From the IMG/VR virus record IMGVR_UViG_3300017978_000189: a stretch of DNA of 64,000 nt. One strand, written 5' to 3'. This stretch comes from an uncultured virus (IMG/VR IMGVR_UViG_3300017978_000189) (lineage: Duplodnaviria > Heunggongvirae > Uroviricota > Caudoviricetes). The notes below the pieces were generated by a model. That model had not been told where the DNA came from. It did no database searches and saw nothing but the letters and a program-made list of their open reading frames with translations. The position numbers and the translations under genes are program-made. Of the stretch, positions 58,456 to 64,000 are shown piece after piece; positions within the stretch are counted from its first letter, which is position 1; every line of letters begins with the position of its first letter.

Positions 58456-59286
58456 ATGGATAACAAAAAATTTGAACAACTTATTGATTTAATCATCAAT
58501 GAGAATGAAGAACAAGCCCGTGCTTTATTCCACGATATCGTGGTAGAGAAGTCACGTGAAATTTATGAATCAATCATGGACGAAGAATTCGGTCAAGACC
58601 AAGTCGGCGGTTTAGTTGACGAAATCTCTGCCGAAGAAGAAGGCATGACTGAAGAAGAAGACGAATTTGCTGATATCGGTGCAGACGAAGGTGACGAAGA
58701 AGTTGCTTTAGATGCTGACGATATCGGTGGCGAAGAAACAGGTGAAGAAGACCTTGAAGACCGCGTTGTTGACTTGGAAGACAAGTTAGACGAATTGATG
58801 GCTGAATTTGAATCCATCATGTCAGGTGACGAAGGCGGTAGCGACATGGGCGGCGAAGAAGACTTCGGCGGCGACATGGGCGGTGACGAAATGATGGAAG
58901 GTGAAGACGAAGATTTGGAAGAGTCAGAAGATGACGAAGAAGAAACTTTGGAAGAAGCCGTTCAATTACAAAAAGTTTCCGTAACACACGGTGACAACGG
59001 TGTAAACACAAAATCAATCGTTTCAGGCGGACCAAAAGTCGGTGGTAACGGCGCATCAGCAGCTAACATTGCTAAAGGCGGCGAATCTACTAAAGGTGGC
59101 ACACAAGGTGGTTTGTTAAACCCAGCTACTAAAGACTTGAAGGGCGCAGGCACATTCAAGAATGCTCCAGGCAATAAGAACGTTGATCCAACAGCAGCTC
59201 CAAAAGCAAAGTTTGGTGATGACGGTGTAAACACAAAATCAATCGTTGGCGAGTCACGCAAGACTGTCAAGAAGATTGTTAAGTAA
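58456..59286 (+). CDS. Acidic prohead core protein
   Basis: Very acidic middle region; between portal and protease; AGGAG SD. Confidence 0.7.
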   Translation: MDNKKFEQLIDLIINENEEQARALFHDIVVEKSREIYESIMDEEFGQDQVGGLVDEISAEEEGMTEEEDEFADIGADEGDEEVALDADDIGGEETGEEDLEDRVVDLEDKLDELMAEFESIMSGDEGGSDMGGEEDFGGDMGGDEMMEGEDEDLEESEDDEEETLEEAVQLQKVSVTHGDNGVNTKSIVSGGPKVGGNGASAANIAKGGESTKGGTQGGLLNPATKDLKGAGTFKNAPGNKNVDPTAAPKAKFGDDGVNTKSIVGESRKTVKKIVK

Positions 59287-59299
59287 GGATACCTGAGAA

Positions 59300-59935
59300 A
59301 TGGCTTTGTATCTCAGAGAAAACCTAACATTCGACAATGCTAATATCATTGTTGAAAGTGAAGGTGACGGTAGTAAGAAGTCCCTTTATATGAAGGGCAT
59401 CTTCATCCAGGGCGGGGTAAAAAACGCAAATGAGCGTGTTTACCCTGTTTCCGAAATTGATAACGCCGTCAATACTCTCAACGAACAAATCAAAACAGGC
59501 TATTCAGTACTAGGCGAAGTTGACCATCCGGATGATTTAAAAATCAATTTGGATCGTGTATCTCATATGATTACTCAAATGTGGATGGACGGACCAAACG
59601 GATTCGGCAAGCTAAAGATTTTACCAACTCCAATGGGACAGTTAGTGTCTACTATGTTGGAGAGTGGTGTTAAGTTAGGCGTTTCAAGTCGTGGTAGCGG
59701 TAACGTGAATGACTTAGACGGCAGAGTTAGTGACTTTGAAATAGTCACGGTTGATATTGTCGCTCAACCTAGCGCTCCTAATGCGTATCCAAAAGCAATT
59801 TATGAAGGCATGATGAATATGCGTCATGGTCATAAGATGCTTGATATTGCAAAAGAAGCACAATCAGACAGAAAAGTACAGAGATACCTACAAGAGGAAG
59901 TAACTCGCCTCATCAAGGATCTCAAAATTAAATAA
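59300..59935 (+). CDS. gp21: Prohead protease (gp21-like)
   Basis: N.N.RVYP, LGEVDHP, VSH, GVSSRGSG and DIVAQPSAP motifs. Confidence 0.95.
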   Translation: MALYLRENLTFDNANIIVESEGDGSKKSLYMKGIFIQGGVKNANERVYPVSEIDNAVNTLNEQIKTGYSVLGEVDHPDDLKINLDRVSHMITQMWMDGPNGFGKLKILPTPMGQLVSTMLESGVKLGVSSRGSGNVNDLDGRVSDFEIVTVDIVAQPSAPNAYPKAIYEGMMNMRHGHKMLDIAKEAQSDRKVQRYLQEEVTRLIKDLKIK

Positions 59936-59947
59936 AGGGGATTAAGC

Positions 59948-61045
59948 ATGTTAGATGCTATCAAACCATTACTTGAATCTGGACTTATCAACGAAGAAAC
60001 TTCTTCTGCTTTGAATGAAGCATGGGAATCTAAGTTGAATGAAGCTAGAGAACAAGTTCGTGCTGAACTACGTGATGAATTTGCACAACGTTACGAGCAT
60101 GATAAATCAGTTATGGTCGACGCCCTAGATAAAATGGTATCAGAAGGTCTATCAGTTGAAATTCAAGAATTCAACTCTGAAAGACAAGCAATGAATGAAG
60201 ACCGTGTTAAAGCGCAAGTAAAATTGCGTGAAAACGTAAGCAAGTTCAATGATTTCATGGTAAAGCACTTATCAGAAGAAATCAAAGAATTGCGCTCAGA
60301 GCGCAAGCTACAGTTAGAAAGTCAGCAAAAGTTGGAACAATTCGTTGTTTCTGCTCTAGCACGTGAAATCAAAGAATTCTCACAAGACAAACAAGCTGTT
60401 GTTGAAGCTAAGGTCAAGTTAGTTGCGGAAGGTCGCTCACAACTAGAAGCATTGAAGGCAAAATTTGTTGCTGAATCTGCTAAACGTGTGAACGAAGCTG
60501 TTACATCACATCTAAAGGGTGAATTGACTCAATTGAAAGAAGATATCCAGACTGCCCGTGCAAACGATTTTGGTCGCCGTATTTTCGAATCATTCGCAAC
60601 CGAATTCTCTGCTACTCACTTGAATGAGAAAGCCGAGACTAGAAAGCTAATGTCTGCATTAGCTCAAAAAGAACAGCAATTAGCTGAGTCTTCAAAACAA
60701 ATCGCTCAAGCTAAGAAATTAGTCGAAAGCAAAGAACGTGAAGTTCGTATTATCAAAGAATCTAATAGCCGTACAAAAGCTATGGATGAGTTGCTAGGTA
60801 CTCTAAATGAGGAAAAAGCAACTGTAATGCGTAACTTACTAGAAAGCGTACAAACTGCAAAATTGCAGTCCGCTTTCGATAAGTATCTACCAGCAGTGCT
60901 CAACACTAGCTCAGAAAAGAAGGCTGGAAAGTCTATGATTTCTGAATCAGTTAAAGAAGTAACTGGGGATAAAACTGCCATCAAACAAGTTGAAGCCGAA
61001 GGACGTGATAACGTTATCGACATTAGACGTTTGGCAGGGCTATAA
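59948..61045 (+). CDS. gp22: Prohead scaffolding/core protein (gp22-like)
   Basis: Coiled-coil E/K/A-rich protein between protease and capsid genes. Confidence 0.8.
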   Translation: MLDAIKPLLESGLINEETSSALNEAWESKLNEAREQVRAELRDEFAQRYEHDKSVMVDALDKMVSEGLSVEIQEFNSERQAMNEDRVKAQVKLRENVSKFNDFMVKHLSEEIKELRSERKLQLESQQKLEQFVVSALAREIKEFSQDKQAVVEAKVKLVAEGRSQLEALKAKFVAESAKRVNEAVTSHLKGELTQLKEDIQTARANDFGRRIFESFATEFSATHLNEKAETRKLMSALAQKEQQLAESSKQIAQAKKLVESKEREVRIIKESNSRTKAMDELLGTLNEEKATVMRNLLESVQTAKLQSAFDKYLPAVLNTSSEKKAGKSMISESVKEVTGDKTAIKQVEAEGRDNVIDIRRLAGL

Positions 61046-61074
61046 AAAGACATAAAAATTAGGAGATTATTAAA

Positions 61075-62277
61075 ATGTCACAAGTTCTATTAGAAAGCCG
61101 TTGGGACGAGACCAAAGATACCCTGCTCGAAGGTTTAAAAGGTACTCGCCGCTCAACTATGGGTGTCATCTTGGAAAACACCAAGAAAGCATTGTTGTCA
61201 GAATCGGCAGCAGGCACAACTACAGCTGGTAATGTAGCAACACTTAACCGTGTTATTCTTCCAGTTATCCGTCGTGTAATGCCAACAGTTATCGCTAACG
61301 AGTTGGTAGGCGTTCAGCCAATGACAGGTCCAGTTGGTCAAATCCACACATTGCGTGTTCGTTATGCTCAAGGTCTTGACGACCAATCATCAGCTCAAAC
61401 TTCTGTTACAGCTGGCGAAGAAGCATTGTCACCATTCAAAATCGCTCAAGCATATTCTACAGTTAAGAATGACGCATCGGTTGCTAACAGCTACCGTGGT
61501 GCTTCTACTTCTACTCTAGAAGGTAACGGCGGTAAGCAAATCAGCGTACAAATCTTGCGTCAAGCTGTTGAAGCTAAGTCACGTAAGTTGCAAGCACGTT
61601 GGACATTTGAAGCTGCTCAAGACGCTCAATCACAACACGGTATTGACGTTGAAGCAGAAATCATGGCTGCTCTAGCACAAGAAATCACTGCTGAAATCGA
61701 CCAAGAGATTCTATTGTCTCTAGGTTCATTGGCAACTGTTGAAGATACATACAACCAAGCTAACGTTTCTGGTACAGCAACTTTCGTTGGTGACGAACAC
61801 GCTGCTTTGGCTGTTCTTATCAACCGCGCTGCTAACCGTATCGCTCAACGCACTCGTCGTGGTGCTGGTAACTGGGCTGTTGTTTCTCCAGCTGCATTGA
61901 CAGTATTGCAATCTGCAACTACTTCAGCGTTTGCTCGTACAACAGAAGGTACTTTCGAAGCTCCAACAAACACTAAGTTAGTTGGTACATTGAACGGTGC
62001 TATGAAAGTTTATGTAAACTCATACGCTACTGATGACGCTGACGTTCTAGTTGGTTACAAAGGTTCAAGCGAAACTGACGCTGCTGCGTTCTACTGCCCA
62101 TACATCCCATTGATGTCATCTGGTGTTGTTCTAGATCCAGCAACATTCGAACCAGTCGTATCATTTATGACTCGTTACGGATATGTTGAGTTGACAAACA
62201 CAGCATCATCATTCGGTAATGCTGCTGACTACTTGGCTGCTATCGGTATCAACTCCGACAACCTATCATTCTATTAA
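61075..62277 (+). CDS. gp23: Major capsid protein (gp23-like)
   Basis: RRVMP..IANELVGVQPMTGP.GQI, AKSRKL.A.WT.EAAQD, GYKG....DA..FYCPYIPL and TRYG motifs. Confidence 0.97.
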   Translation: MSQVLLESRWDETKDTLLEGLKGTRRSTMGVILENTKKALLSESAAGTTTAGNVATLNRVILPVIRRVMPTVIANELVGVQPMTGPVGQIHTLRVRYAQGLDDQSSAQTSVTAGEEALSPFKIAQAYSTVKNDASVANSYRGASTSTLEGNGGKQISVQILRQAVEAKSRKLQARWTFEAAQDAQSQHGIDVEAEIMAALAQEITAEIDQEILLSLGSLATVEDTYNQANVSGTATFVGDEHAALAVLINRAANRIAQRTRRGAGNWAVVSPAALTVLQSATTSAFARTTEGTFEAPTNTKLVGTLNGAMKVYVNSYATDDADVLVGYKGSSETDAAAFYCPYIPLMSSGVVLDPATFEPVVSFMTRYGYVELTNTASSFGNAADYLAAIGINSDNLSFY

Positions 62278-62320
62278 TCATAGAATAAACTTTTTACCCT
62301 CGGGATGGGAAGTTACAATT

Positions 62321-62344
62321 AAGCACTCTTCGGAGTGCTTTTTT
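62321..62344 (+). terminator. Intrinsic terminator
   Basis: AAGCACTC-TTCG-GAGTGCTT followed by TTTT. Confidence 0.9.
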
Positions 62345-62406
62345 GTTTTTGGTACTAAATAATCGTATGCACTCTATATGAATGCAAAATTTAAAGGAAA
62401 CTTATC

Positions 62407-62778
62407 ATGGCACAAAACAACGCTAAAATTCACAGTGCAACTACACCTCAATCAAACTTCGCAACACGTAAACTAGCTTTCGTGGTTGTTGATATGAACA
62501 CAGACGTTGAAACAGATTTCGACACAATCGGTTCAGTATACCAGAAGGCAGTTCAAGGTATCCAGCAAATCGCTGAAATCTACGCATTGGGTCAACCTAA
62601 TGGTGAATTATTCACGGTTATCTTATCTGATGACACATTACCGTATGATGACGGTCAAGAGTTTGCTGACGGTGGCGAAAATTCTCCGTTATCAAGAGCA
62701 ATCCGCGAAACTACAGGCGTACAAGGCGCATGGGCTTGGAACGCTAACTTAAACGGCGACAACTTGAGCTACGATTAA
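62407..62778 (+). CDS. Small putative head-associated protein
   Basis: Own late promoter and AAGGA SD directly after the MCP gene; N-terminus MAQNNAKIH. Confidence 0.7.
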   Translation: MAQNNAKIHSATTPQSNFATRKLAFVVVDMNTDVETDFDTIGSVYQKAVQGIQQIAEIYALGQPNGELFTVILSDDTLPYDDGQEFADGGENSPLSRAIRETTGVQGAWAWNANLNGDNLSYD

Positions 62779-62796
62779 TCATTCAGTGAATGAAGT

Positions 62797-62822
62797 AAAA
62801 GCACTCTTCGGAGTGCTTTTTT
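62797..62822 (+). terminator. Intrinsic terminator
   Basis: Same hairpin as at 62321. Confidence 0.9.
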
Positions 62823-62885
62823 ATTACCTGGCATAAATAATAGTATGCACTTCTATATGAAGGCAACATTTAAAGGAAAATTATC

Positions 62886-63152
62886 ATGGCACAAAACAAC
62901 GCTAAAATTCACGGTTTAACAGCTCCAGCAGCATCTTTCGTAGGTAAAGACCTATTGTGGATCGCTAATGACAGCAATATGAGCAACGCTGCAACAGCAG
63001 CCGCAGCTATTCAAGCTGTTCAACAAGTAGCAACTGTAATGATTATCGGTGAAGCAACTTCAGCAGGTTTAATCTTAGCTATCGAAGGACCAACAACAGC
63101 TCCAGATGGTTGGTACGTAGTTACTATCTCTGGCGTATCTTTCGCTGACTAA
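62886..63152 (+). CDS. Small putative head-associated protein (paralog of 62407..62778)
   Basis: Same MAQNNAKIH start; AIQAVQQVA resembles AVQGIQQIA. Confidence 0.7.
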   Translation: MAQNNAKIHGLTAPAASFVGKDLLWIANDSNMSNAATAAAAIQAVQQVATVMIIGEATSAGLILAIEGPTTAPDGWYVVTISGVSFAD

Positions 63153-63173
63153 TCACTAGTTGATGACTGAAAT

Positions 63174-63200
63174 AAAAAGCACACTTCGGTGTGCTTTTTT
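63174..63200 (+). terminator. Intrinsic terminator
   Basis: AAAAAGCACAC-TTCG-GTGTGCTTTTTT. Confidence 0.9.
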
Positions 63201-63266
63201 AATGGCTGTAAAGGGCTATTGTACAATAAAGATAAATACTACATAAAATAATATTTGGGACCATTC

Positions 63267-63956
63267 ATGGCAGTAGATGCATTCAATTCGGTGGGAGGGT
63301 ATACAGTTGGTATCCCACCTACACCTATTATTAGCGAAGCAGGTGATATCACAGCTCCATCGGCAACAGTTAATCAACTAACAGTTAATGGTGATGCAAC
63401 TGTAACTGGTGCGATTAGCGCCGATGTGTTTCGCGGTAGTTTTGAAGGTCAAATTTCAGGTGATATTGTATTAACTGGTAATGATACTGAGGTTGTTTTT
63501 AATAAAAACGGCGAAGCGGCATCAGACATTGGGCTAACATTTGATTATGTTAACCAACGATTGAAAGTTCAAAAAGACTTATCTGCAAACTCATTTACAT
63601 TGGGTACAGGTACGAATGAATTTTCAACCGCATCAGTTATGTTTGCGATTACGAATAGTGCTGCGGCGGGACAAGTTTTACATTTTCAATTAGCATCTAG
63701 AATATGTTCAGTTGATTATACAATCATTGCAACAGATGCAACATCAAACATCAGACAAACAAGCAAACTATTTGCTAGTGTATTGGGTGATGATGTTGGG
63801 TATTTTGAATACGGTACAATTGATGTTCCGCAGTCAAGTCCAGGAGTAGCTGATTTTAAAGTAGAACATATTTCTGGCAACATAGCATTAACAGTGAAGC
63901 CCATGACAGCACACAGTACGTCATATAAGATTATGGTAACAAGTTATAAAGAATAA
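63267..63956 (+). CDS. Virion structural/fibre-like protein
   Basis: Likely start ATG 63267 (MAVDAFNSVGG); beta-rich; late motif at 63231. Confidence 0.65.
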   Translation: MAVDAFNSVGGYTVGIPPTPIISEAGDITAPSATVNQLTVNGDATVTGAISADVFRGSFEGQISGDIVLTGNDTEVVFNKNGEAASDIGLTFDYVNQRLKVQKDLSANSFTLGTGTNEFSTASVMFAITNSAAAGQVLHFQLASRICSVDYTIIATDATSNIRQTSKLFASVLGDDVGYFEYGTIDVPQSSPGVADFKVEHISGNIALTVKPMTAHSTSYKIMVTSYKE

Positions 63957-63967
63957 GGAAAAAAGAA

Positions 63968-64000
63968 ATGGCAATTAGAACCTTTAACTCGGTAGGTGGT
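63968..64000 (+). CDS. Start of next gene (partial), MAIRTFNSVGG
   Basis: AAGGA SD; N-terminus shares FNSVGG with the preceding gene. Confidence 0.65.
   Translation, partial: MAIRTFNSVGG

Larger units (their letters stand above)
62321..62912 (+). repeat. Duplicated ~113-bp cassette (terminator, late promoter, RBS, first 9 codons) at 62321-62433 and 62799-62912
   Basis: Near-identical direct repeats ending ATGGCACAAAACAACGCTAAAATTCAC. Confidence 0.9.

Noticed and set aside
62321..63200. CRISPR array
   Set aside because: The repeats are terminators and promoters separated by whole genes; no regular spacers or cas genes.
1..64000. Stop-codon recoding, inteins or diversity-generating retroelement
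   Set aside because: Core genes are full length in the standard code, with no evident intein insertions, reverse transcriptase or adenine-variable repeat pair.

Overview
This window comes from a large, T4-like (myovirus-type) dsDNA bacteriophage genome using the standard genetic code. From left to right: (1) 1-2090, an accessory block with a peroxiredoxin AhpC, a degenerate HNH protein, small ORFs and a circularly permuted (two-piece) tmRNA (tag ANDSVYALAA) whose intervening segment looks like a pseudo-tRNA; (2) 2092-17685, a ~15 kb minus-strand glycan cluster (several glycosyltransferase-like genes, radical SAM, RmlC-like epimerase, three NDP-sugar SDRs, split minimal TPP-dependent E1 alpha/beta, NodU/CmcH carbamoyltransferase) continuing from the tail genes; (3) 17739-47595, a minus-strand tail/baseplate module including a 5283-aa protein and gp6-, gp25-, gp5- and gp53-like genes; (4) 47716-52328, plus-strand late sigma factor (gp55-like), gp47/gp46 nuclease and a resolvase-like gene; (5) 52330-52870, a ~540-bp hairpin-dense non-coding region (candidate ncRNA and/or replication origin); (6) a gp26-like gene with an apparent -1 frameshift into an unannotated ORF, divergent from a tape-measure-like gene; (7) 56336-64000, the head module (portal, core, protease, scaffold, major capsid protein) followed by duplicated small-gene cassettes. 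A TAAATA late-promoter motif recurs, often 5-7 nt before an ATG, suggesting leaderless mRNAs. All product calls come from motif recognition and synteny; no database searches were run.
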